Assembly: GCF_000143415.4 (NCBI RefSeq)
Contig: NW_003314338.1
Coordinates: 274,157 to 338,156 of the forward strand
Direction: 5' to 3'
Source of the DNA: Selaginella moellendorffii
Taxonomy: Eukaryota > Plantae > Lycopodiophyta
DNA: 64,000 nt
A model generated the notes under the pieces. That model made no database searches. It saw nothing but the letters and a program-made list of their open reading frames with translations, and had not been told where the DNA came from. Position numbers and translations under genes: made by a program. Shown here one piece after another: positions 37,501-48,800 of this stretch (the stretch's first letter is position 1; every line of letters begins with the position of its first letter).

Positions 37501-40500
37501 CCAACAGTGGTTATGAAAGTTGGGAGTGGAGAATCAAGAGGGTGCTCGAGGATGTTGTTGCTAGCAACCGTGATGCCATGGAGAGTCTAAAATATGGAAT
37601 TGTCCATGTTAGACTATATGGCAACTATAAAGCTTGCGAAAGGGGAGGCCTTAGCAAGCTGAGGGACAGAGTTCCTTCAAAGTTCCCAAAGACGATTCTA
37701 GGTAGCGTAGTACCTAGAAAGGCCAAGTGTAAATGGTTCATGGAACGCGCGAAATTAGAGTGGTGCAGCAGAAGCGTGGTCTTGAAGCTTGCCATGAGGC
37801 AAGGTTATCAAGGTTAGGGAAGTAGTTCCCGAGTGTTCAAAGAGAGGGCTTTGAACGAAAGTCGATGGTCAAGGACTTTCACGCTTACGCAGGAACCATG
37901 TTACAATGGTCGGAGGACTTGCCAAGTGAGATTGGCACGTCGGGGGAACAAAGACCCTAGTTGAAGGTGATAACTTCAAAAAGGGTGGGCCAGGGAGCCG
38001 AGCATGGAGGAGTCCATGCATGATCACAGACATCTAAGTTGCTATAAACCCTTGGCCGTAAGGGCTGGCTTGGGTGTACCGCCAAGTGTGGGGGATGCCC
38101 CCGGGGTTGTAGTCAACAACTTGGAGGTCTAGAAGACCAAGTACCTCTTGGCAACTCTGTTAAGGTGCCAAGGTGAGATCACTAGGTGATCTTATGGCCA
38201 GATAAAAACAAGGTCCTTGGTTGGCTAAGGAATGAAGTTCCTGGTTCAAAATGTTGAAATTGAACTATTTAAGGTGGTGTGGCTTGGTTGTGATGACCAA
38301 GTGGGAAGAGCACCGAAGGGAAATAAACTATGTCCGTGAGATGGCATAGTGAGTCCGAGGAAAGTAGTCTCTATAAAAGACCCATGGGAGGGTCACGAAG
38401 TTGGGCCGTGGATAGAGCCCATAGCAGAAGATGCTAAAGAGACGTACTAGGGGTGAACATCCTCCGGACTTGGCAAAGAAGAGTCTTTGCTATGGAACCG
38501 AAACAATACCTCAAGGAGGGAGGTAGAGATTCGATGTTGCTTGGTGCAACAATCAACGGATAGGAGCAAAAGATGAGTGGCTAAGATAGGGCCGTGGAAT
38601 CCCTTGGGGGGAATCCAAGTGACAAAGTTAGGCGAGGAACACTAATGTGTTGGACGCTAACAAGTTGCGGGAAAGGAAGTGTGTTTCCAAGGAGGGATTC
38701 CGAAATGCTCCGGTTTGGCGAAAGTGGAAGCTCCAAGGGAGGGAGCGGTAAGGTAGCCAAATGATAGGGCCATGAACAGCCCTAACACAAAGTATGATAA
38801 CTGAAACTTTGGCACGAAATAGAAGAGAGGATGATGGTGCCCTCGAGTAAAGAACTTCCTAGGATGGGAAGTGGAGTTGCACAAAAGGTGCAAGGCAAGG
38901 TGTCGGAGACACCCAGGAAATTGACTCCAAGAAGTCAAAATTCAAAGTTCCAAAGTGCAAAGGTTATATCGATGGAAATTGAGACTACTCGAGAAGGAGT
39001 AGTGGGATTGACTTAGATAAGGGTCTCTAAGAGGTTTAGCGAGAACTAAACCAATAAAAGGATGAACCATTACATGTGGTCCAATCAGTCCCTAAGTTGG
39101 AGAGACTACCCTCCTTAGAGGATATGCAAAAGGCATGGTGAGCCTTCAATGTCCAACCATTGGCGAATATGGAGAAGGCATGGTGAGCCTTCAATGTCGC
39201 ACCATTGACAAATATTGGCTACGCGCCAAGGATGGAAATGGTAACACATGCGGGTGTTACTTTATAAAATGGTTCACCGTTCGATGAGGACATCGAACTT
39301 CGTCTATGGGTGGTGGAGTTGTGAGACACAAAATCCCTAGGCCCCAAAGTGGAGCCGGAAGGGCGCCACATGGTAGTGGCCGAAGCGAGAGCCAAACGAG
39401 CGTAACACGTTTGGACCAAAAGCTCCGACTTGAAAAGTCAAGAGCGGGAGTGGAACTCCCAACGAAGTGCTCGAGGAACGAGCACGAAGCGAGCAAAAGG
39501 CGAGGCTCCAAAAAGGGACCCAAAAGGACCAACACATGACACGTGGGAGTGTCCGAGATGGAGTCCAAAGTGGAGTCCGAGGTGGACCCGAGTTGGAGTC
39601 CGAAGTGGAGTCCGAGATGGACCCGAGATGGACCCGAAATGGAGTCCGAGATGGAGTCCGAGATGGACCCGAGATGGACCTGAGATGGACCCGAGATGGA
39701 GTCCGAGATGGAGTCCGAGATGGACCCGAGATGGAGTCCGAGATGGACCCGAGATGGACCCGAAATGGAGTCCGAGATGGAGTCCGAGATGGACCCGAAA
39801 TGGAGTCCGAGATGGAGCCCGAGATGGAGTCCGAGATGGAGTCCGAGATGGACCCGAGATGGACCCGAGATGGAGTCCGAGATGGAGTCCGAGATGGAGT
39901 CCGAGATGGAGTCCAAAGTCGAGACCGAGACCGGGACCGAGACCGAGACCGAGACCGAGATCGGGACCGAGACCGAGACCGAGGCCGAGGCCGAGACCAA
40001 GCCTGAGCCCGAGTCCGAGTCCGAATCCGAATCCGAGTCCGAGTCCGAGTCCGAGTCTGAGTCCGAGTCCGGAGCCTGAGAGGGTGAAAGCCCAAAGCGT
40101 TCGTCTCCCAGACCCTGGGGGGTTTGGTGAGCTCCAAAAGTATAGTAGGGGGAGGACTGCAGTGGAGCCAGTTTGGCCAGGAAAGGCCAGTTTGGCCCAG
40201 GAAGGCCAGACCCAGTGTTGGGTGATGAACTGACCACTGGGAAGTCCAAGACTAGAGTCAATACGGACCGACAAGCGGGGTAGCTTGGTGAAGTGTTCAA
40301 GAGCCGGCTCTAGTTCCCCCGGGAGATCGACTGGCCGATGCTCCCAGTCCAAGTGTGGGTGGCACTACCTACTTGGATACCAGGCGTGGCTCAACGGAAC
40401 CTCGCTCTAAGCCCATGGCTAGAGCACCTAAAGGCGATAGGTGGGGAGAGTACCCAGGTGGCTCGCGTAAGGCCACGGTGTTCCGAAATGTCGTCCCAAA

Positions 40501-41377
40501 GGCCCAGACTGTGGAAAGGAAGAGGAGCAGTCCTCTGGGGTAGTGACCAAGGACACAGTCGTGTGGTGAGGAAGTCCCAGAGGACCGTGGGACTTAGTGG
40601 TCGGGCCTGTGGGCCTCGATCCAGTGGCAGTGTTGGCAAACACGGCCAGGGGCAGAAAGGGACTTGGTAGGAACTGACAAAGGGACTTTGGGGAAGGCAA
40701 TTCCCCAGGTCTGTGGGCATCCTAAGGATGCTAAGGAGTGGATCTAGGATGACCCCTCATAGACAGATGGCCCAGTCTTGGAGAGACGGGATGGTGATGC
40801 AAGTGGTATTGGACCATTTGCGCAGCAAAGGTGAATGGGCATGGCCTTAGCGTAACGGGCCGAGATGTCAGTGGTACCTTTGGGTGTCGGTCATGGGATT
40901 AGACACATGGAGCACTTGGACCAAGTGCAAAGGTTGAGTGGCATGGATGCCATTCTCGGGGCTAGCAAGCCCCAAGTCCTGAATGGGACTTATGGAGGTT
41001 GTGAATGAGACTCCTCCAAGTGGTCGGAGGTGTGGTTAAGTGACTAAAGTAGAATGGAAAAATTAATCGCTTACACCCTTAACCTGTATTAGTACTCAGA
41101 CTCGGTCTTAGACTCGATCTGGGACTCGATCTTGAACCCGACTTCAGACTCGATCTCGGACTTGACCTCAGACTCAATCTCGGACCCAATTTCAGATCTC
41201 AGACTCTGTCTCGAACTCGGTCTTGGACTCGATCCCGGACTCTATCTTGAACTCAGTGTTAGAGTCGGTCTTGGACTCGATCTCAGACTCAGTCCCATCC
41301 GATGAACCCTTTGTCATTTTGGTCATGCTTTCGGGGATCCTTTAGCCTACGACACCTTGAGGAGTTGGTTCTTTACA
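33436..41377 (-). mobile_element. Solo LTR of family A (33436-34209 + 41076-41377), interrupted by element B2
   Basis: Reverse complement of 5060-6226; TSD CATCT (33431-33435 / 41378-41382). Confidence 0.92.
34210..41075 (+). mobile_element. Non-autonomous LTR retrotransposon (LARD-like, family B), copy B2
   Basis: LTRs 34210-35648 and 39320-41075 (TG...CA), TSD CCCTT, PBS TGGTATCGGAGC 35652-35663, PPT 39308-39318, non-coding 3.7-kb interior. Confidence 0.95.
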
Positions 41378-41639
41378 CATCTCCCCTGTCACTGAACGGA
41401 AAGGAGCTCAAGGAACTCCAACACCAACTTGAAGAATCAATTGATAAAGGGTATATTTGGTTGAGCAACTCGTCATATGGTCTCCAATGTTTTCATAAAG
41501 AAGAAAAATGGATCTATACATATATATATAAACTAATAGTTGCTCAACAAATATACATAGAAGATAAAGTATGCTTTACCAAGAATTGAGGACCTATTTA
41601 ATAGTTCCACATTTTCCTTTCCAACTCATACTTCTTATG

Positions 41640-42430
41640 GTCCCTTTTTCTAGTGGGGACTTGACTTCATCGGCCCAATTAGTCCACTAAGCTCAAAAGG
41701 ACAGTAATATATAATTGTGGCAATAGACTACTTCATAAAAAAGGTCAATGCCATCTCTCTGAGAAAGGAAGATCAACAGTTTACAATAAAGTTTGTCTTT
41801 GAGTACACAATTTGCAGATTTGGAGTTTCTATTGTTCTAATTTCCGATCGTGGAAGTGGCTTCCTTGGACATGTGATGCAACATCTTTTCCACCAGCTGT
41901 AGATCAAGCATGTGAAGAGCAGCACCTACTATCCTAAATGCAATGGCTAGGCAAAGTCCAAGAAGATAATGAAAACCATCATCTCAAAGCTTGTGGAGGT
42001 GTTGGCACGAGCACTTAGTTACAGCATTGTGGGTGTTTTCCATGTCCTTCAAGATGTCCATTTCTGCAAATCCATTCTCTCTCATCTATGGGATAGAGGC
42101 CATGCTTCTAGTGGAGATCTAGGTGCCATCCCTTTCACTTTCACTTCGATACATAACAGATATGCAACTTTGTGACAAGGACAAGCTTCATGTGCGTCAT
42201 TTGGAGGTTCTTGCCTTGGAAGAACAACAAATAGCCACAACTCAACATCTCCTTCCAAGTAAGTAGAAGATGAAGCTGGTCATTGATCACTTGTAGTCAA
42301 TTGAACTATTCAAGAATGGTAATCTTGTCCTGCTCAAGGAGTTCATGCCAATTTCAAAGTTCTCTCCTTGCTAAACCGGCCCTTACTTTGTCTAGTGATA
42401 TGTTGGAGGTGGAACATATGTGCTAGCAAA
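41640..42430 (+). mobile_element. Degenerate non-chromovirus (Tat/Athila-like) gypsy integrase remnant
   Basis: WGLDFIGPI, YIIVAIDYF, ICRFGVS..LISDRGSGF, YYPKCNG motifs with stops. Confidence 0.75.
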
Positions 42431-42816
42431 CACTGAGAGATGTGAGAGCACACACTCACAACCACTCTCATGTCAAACACTTCATCTGGTGAGGTGTTCC
42501 TCTTCTCTTCTTTTTCCTTTGTTTCCTTCTTTCACTTTCCTTTCACAGTTTCTTTTCTTACTTCCAAAGGGTGTTTCTCCACTAGATCATGGCTCTTGCC
42601 TTGGATTTCATGATTAGGCTGCATTGCCATTTGTATACAAGTTCCTCACTTGGCTCAGGCTGTGTTCTTAGTTCTTTGGCCCTTCCCTCACCATTACTCT
42701 ACCTCACATATTCCCCACACATATTCCATATCATCTACACTCACAAATCCATCATTGATTACTTCCAATAACATTTCCCACACTTCTAGATGTTTGTTTT
42801 ACATCTTTCATTTTTT

Positions 42817-45800
42817 TGTAAGGAACAAACTCCCTAAGGTGTTGTAGGCTAAAGGATCCCTGAAACCATGACCAGAATGATAAAGAGTTTATCAAATAAG
42901 ACCGAGATTGACTTTGAGACAGAGTTTGAGATCAAGTACAAGACTAACTTTGAGGCTAAGTTCAAGACCAAGTCTGAGATCCAAGATCGGGTCTGAGACC
43001 AAGTTCGAGATCAAGTCCAAGACTAAGTCTAAGATTGAGTCCTAGATGAGTCTGAGTTAAGTTTGAGACCCAATTTGAGATTGAGTCTAAATACTAATAT
43101 AGGTCATAGGGTGAAAGCCCAAAGCAACCATCTTCTGGGGGAGGGGGAGTAAAGTATCCCTACTATACTTTTCTAAAAGTATAGTAGGGATACTAAGGTC
43201 TAAGAACAAGTGTTGAAGGAACTCTCAAGTGGTGCTTCTAAACCAACTTGAGGTTAGGTGTGAGACACAAAATCCCTAGGCCCCAAAGTGGAGCCGGAAG
43301 GGCGCCACATGGTAGTGGCCGAAGCGAGAGCCAAACGAGCGTAACACGTTTGGACCAAAAGCTCCGACTTGAAAAGTCAAGAGCGGGAGTGGAACTCCCA
43401 ACGAAGTGCTCGAGGAACGAGCACGAAGCGAGCAAAAGGCAAGGCTCCAAAAAGGGACCCGAGATGGACCCGAGATGGAGTCCGAGATGGAGTCCGAGAT
43501 GGAGTCCGAGGTGGACCCGAGATGGACCCGAGTTGGAGTCCAAACTGGAGTCCGAGATGGATCCGAGATGGAGTCCGAGATGGACCCGAGATGGAGTCCG
43601 AGATGGAGTCCGAGATGGAGTCCGAGATGGAGTCCGAGGTGGACCCGAGATGGACCCGAGTTGGAGTCCAAAGTGGAGTCCGAGATGGACCCGAGATGGA
43701 GTCCGAGATGGAGTCCAAGATGGAGTCCGAGGTGGACCCGAGATGGACCCGAAATGGAGTCCGAGATGGACCCGAGATGGAGTCCGAGATGGAGTCCGAG
43801 ATGGAGTCCGAAGTGGACCCGAGATGGACCCGAAATGGAGTCCGAGATGGAGTCCGAGATGGACCCGAGATGGAGTCCGAGATGGAGTCCGAGATGGACC
43901 CGAGATGGACCCGAGATGGAGTCCGAGATGGAGTCTGAGATGGAGTTCGAGATGGAGTCCGAAGTCGAGACCGAGACCGGAACCGAGACCGGGACCGAGA
44001 CCGAGACCGAGACCGAGATCGGGACCGAGACCAAGGCCGAGGCCAAGACCGAGCCCGAGTCCGAGTCCGAATCCGAGTCCGAGTCCGAGTCCGAGTCCGA
44101 GTCCGAGTCCGAGTCCGAGTCCGGTAGCTTGGTGAAGTGTTCAAGAGCCTGCTCTAGTTCCCCCGGGAGATCAACTGGCCGATGCTCCCAGTCCAAGTGT
44201 GGGTGGCACTACCTACTTGGATACCAGGCGTGGCTCAACGGAACCTTGCTCTAAGCCCATGGCTAGAGCACCTAAAGGCAATAGGTGGGGAGAGTACCCA
44301 GGTGGCTCGCGTAAGGCCACGGTGTTCCGAAATGTCGTCCCAAAGGCCCAAACTGTGGAAAGGAAGAGGAGCAGTCCTCTGGGGTAGTGACCAAGGACAC
44401 AGTCGTGTGGTGAGGAAGTCCCAGAGGACCGTGGGACTTAGTGGTCGGGCCTGTGGGCCTCGATCCAGTGGTAGTGTTGGCAAACACGGCCAGGGGCAGA
44501 AAGGGACTTGGTAGGAATTGACAAAGGGACTTTGGGGAAGGCGATTCCCCAGGTCTGTGGGCATCCTAAGGATGCTAAGGAGTGGATCTAGGATGACCCC
44601 TCGTAGACAGATGGCCCAGTCTTGGAGAGACGGGATGGTGATGCAAGTGGTATTGGACCATTTGCGCAGCAAAGGTGAATGGGCATGGCCTTAGCGTAAC
44701 GGGCCGAGATGTCAGTGGTACCTTTGGGTGTCGGTCATGGGATCGGACACGTGGAGCACTTGGACCAAGTGCAAAGGTTGAGTGGCATGGATGCCATTCT
44801 CGGGGCTAGCAAGCCCCAAGTCCTGAATGGGACTTATGGAGGTTGTGAATGAGACTCCTCCAAGTGGTCGGAGGTGTGGTTAAGTGACTAAAGTAGAATG
44901 GAAAAATTAGTCGCTTACAATTTGGTATCGGAGCTGTTCCTTAGTCCGACTTTTATTGGTGCTTAAGTATATCACCACTAGTGTTGGCATCGGAAGGTCC
45001 GAGGAGTGGGCCTATCCTTGAGGAGTAGCAAGTCGGGAAGACATGGCTCTCCATTACAGTTCATGTGTGAACTTGTAGACGGGGTGGTGGATAGAAAAGG
45101 GCCAATAATGGAACGACTTTGGGATCTTGGGAACAGTATATGGTTTTCCTCAAGAGTTGAGGATGTGATCCAGATGAGTGTTTGACTTAGCAAACTGGCT
45201 AATGTGGTTGTGGTAAACAACTATAGTTGGGATCACGGGAAAGATAAAGACTCCAAAACAATAAGGGAGTCATAAGATTATCCTCATATAGTTGAGGTTG
45301 ATGCTCATGAATGTGAGACTAGAAGTAATGACCGTGGGAGGTCAAATACGGAAGAGGACTCAAGTCCTTGAAATGGTAGTCGGGGCTACCTCTAATAGAT
45401 GCTGGAACAACCCCAGGAGTTGGGGGTGTATTAAGTGGATGAGTTGGTGTTCTCATCACATGGACAAGTAGTCCAAAGGGGCAAAGGTTGCCCCTAGAGA
45501 ACAAAATCAAGTGTCGAGTAACACTTGTGAAAATAGTCCTTTTGAGTAGGACAAGAATGCAAGAAGTGTATTCCAGTGAGCTAGTGCCTCACAAGTAGGC
45601 CCTTACGGGTCTGTGGATTAACCAAGTCCAAAACTGCTGGATGACTCAAGTAGAGTCAACGGATGGTCTTAAAAGGACTGATGGAAGCATTTGGACTGAG
45701 GTGTGTTGTACCCCACAAAGGATGGGGGGGGGATCATAGGATCCAAGGATGAGAATAGAGGGTATCTCATCGATGGCAAAATATGCCATGCTAAAATTAT

Positions 45801-48800
45801 GGGAAAGGTCTTCCCAGAAGAAAACAACTTTGACTTAAAGTTGTGTGTGACCTCTATGGTGCAGTGCTAACGGATGGTTGGCATGAGAAAGAGCGGTGTT
45901 GGTTTTGGCAAAGACTTAGACACGAAGGGGAAATGTCATAGAGGTAGGCTCATGGAGCCGATGGTGTGGAGACACCAAATGTGCCAAGGTGTGATACCTT
46001 GAGGCTATGTTGGTGGGTTCATGTGAACCCCTTGCCAAAGAAATCCCAATGGAAATGGGAATAGCATAGCCTAAGCTGCAGAGCATGCAATTGGAGTGTG
46101 GTGACCCAGATAATGATGGAGGTGTGAAAGCACCAAGCAATGAGTTGTAGGACTTGACAACTATGAGGCAACTAAGCAAGACGTGCAAAATAACTGGTTA
46201 AACGGGTAGAAGGTAGCTACCCAAGACTTCTTAATAGTATAAGGAAGTTGGATATACCCTTACGGGGGATAAGTTGCTTGTGTTGCGATATAGTAAGTCA
46301 ATGTCATAAAAGGAAATACTCATTGTCAAGAAAGCCATCATTGGGACGCCCGGACACTCTAGAACACCAGAAGGTGGTGTTTGATGTCGTGAGGGCAATG
46401 GATAAAGCCCAAGGGACTAAGTCCCTAGCGAATGATGGATAGAAGGTGCTATCCAAATGTCCAAGGTTGCGGAGACAGGAGAGGACTGTCTACCCGAGTT
46501 GGACAAAGCCAAGAATGGAATTTTGGCAAGGTTAGTGATAGGCATGTAAAGGCCCATAAGCAACAATGTAATCCCAGTGTGTGGGATTATAAGGTGAGCA
46601 TACCCGGATTGAAGAACCACTCCCTAGGCTATTGGGTAGGTTCATCCCTAAGAATACTTGCTAAAGCAAGATAGAAAGTGCAAAGCTATCCTCCTGGTCT
46701 GGAGGAGAACGACCAAAGGAAAGGTGTGAAGCCAAAAAGCAAGAAGTAAGGGGATAGAACCGAACCGTAGGAATCAAAGGGCATAACCAAGGTTGGTTAT
46801 GCCAGCTGGGAGTGGAGAATCAAGTGGGGGCTCAAGGGTGTTGCCGCTAGCAACCGTGATGCCATGAAGAGTCTAAAATATGGAATTGTCCATGTTAGAC
46901 TATGTGGCATTTGGAAGGCTTGCAAAAAGGGAGGCCTTAGCAAGCTGAGGGACAGAGTTCCTTCAAGGTTCCCAAAGACGATTCTAGGTAGCTTAGTACC
47001 TAGAAAGGCCAAGTGTAAATGGTTCATGGAACGCGCGAAATCAGAGTGGCGCAGCAGAAGCATGGTCTTGAAGCTTGCCATGAGGCAAGGCTATCAAGGT
47101 TAGGGAAGTAGTTCCCGAGTGTTCAAAGAGAGGGCTTTGAACGAAAGTCGATGGTCAAGGACTTTCACGCTTATGCAGGAACCATGTTACAGTGGTCGGA
47201 GGACTTGCCAAGCGAGATTGGCACGTCGGGGGAACAAAGACCCTAGTTGAAGGTGATAACTTCAAAAAGGGTGGGCCATGGGGCCGAGCATGGAGGAGTC
47301 CATGCATGATCACAGACATGTCAAGTGAGAGGACTTGGCAGTGTGGAGGAACTAGGTTCCTAAGCTGTGATCTGTAGCGCGCTTTAAAAATAGGTTGGTG
47401 CACCGGCGTGGGGAGTCACGCCAGGCATCTAGTGTGATGCCGTCCGTAGATGCATATACGGAGGTTGGGTTCGAGTCCCGACCCTCTAGTGCTTGGGTTC
47501 GAGTCCCAAATCACTAGGGCGTGGTGATGGTTTGGAATATGAGGACACTCATATTTTGGTGGTCATGGACTCTCAGTGGGGAGACTAGTTTGGGCACACC
47601 GCCAAGCGAGGGATGCCTCGGAGTCGTGATGCACGGTTAGATTGCTTAGTGTGAAAGCTCAGCATATCTAACTTGAACACTTTGGTGCAAGTGGCACCAA
47701 GGTCGTGGTGAGTGAGATGGGGACACCTAATCTCAGTTGCTATGAACCCTTGGCCGTAAGGGCTAGCTTGGGTGCACCGCCAAGTGTTGGGGATGCCCCC
47801 GGGGTTATAGTCAACAACTTGGAGGTCTAGAAAACCAAGTACCTCTTGGCAACTCTGTTAAGGTGCCAAGGTGAGATCACTAGGTGATCTTATCGCCAGA
47901 TAAGGACAAGGTCCTTGGTTGGCTAAGGAATGAAGTTCCTGGTTCAAAATGTTGAAATTGAACTGTTTAAGGTGGTGTGGCTTGGTCGTGATAACCAAGT
48001 TGGAAGAGCACCTAAGGGAAATAAACTATGTCCGTGCGATGGCATAGTGAGTCCGAGGAAAGTAGTCTCTATAAAAGACCCATGGGAGGGTCACGAAGTT
48101 GGGCCGTGGATAGAGCCCATAGCAGAAGATGCTAAAGAGACGTACTAGGGGTGAACGTCCTCCGGACTTGGCAAAGAAGAGTCTTTGCTATGGAACCGAA
48201 ACAATACCTCAAGGAGGGAGGTAGAGATTCGATGTTGCTTGGTGTAACAATCAACGGATAGGAGCAAAAGATGAGTGGCCAAGATAGGGCCATGGAATCC
48301 CTTGGAAGGAATCCAAGTGACAAAGTTAGGCGAGGAACACTAATGTGTTGGACGCTAACAAGTTGCGGGAAAGGAAGTGTGTTTCCAAGGAGGGATTCTG
48401 AAATGCTCCGAGTTGGCGAAAGTGGAAGCTCCAAGGGAGGGAGCGGTAAGGTAGCCAAATGATAGGGCCATGAACAGCCCTAGCACAAAGCATGATAACT
48501 GGAACTTTGGCACGAAATAGAAGAGAGGATGATGGTGCCCTCGAGTAGAGAACTTCCTAGTATGGGAAGTGGAGTTGCACAAAAGGTGCAAGGCAAGGTG
48601 TCGGAGACACCTAGGAAATTGACTCCAAGAAGTCAAAAATTCAAAGTTCCAAAGTGCAAAGGTTATATCGATGGAAATTGAGACTACTCGAGAAGGAGTA
48701 GTGGGATTGACTTAGAGAAGGGTCTCTAAAAGGTTTAGCGAGAACTAAACCAATAAAAGGATGAACCATTACATGTGGTCCAATCAGTCCCTAAGTTGGA

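Noticed and set aside
35649-39319. env-like or antisense gene in the B interior
   Set aside because: Only short ORFs, with boundaries that differ between B2 and B3 and no recognisable motifs.
39550-40070. Repeat arrays as CRISPR
   Set aside because: No unique spacers, no cas genes, eukaryotic LTR context.
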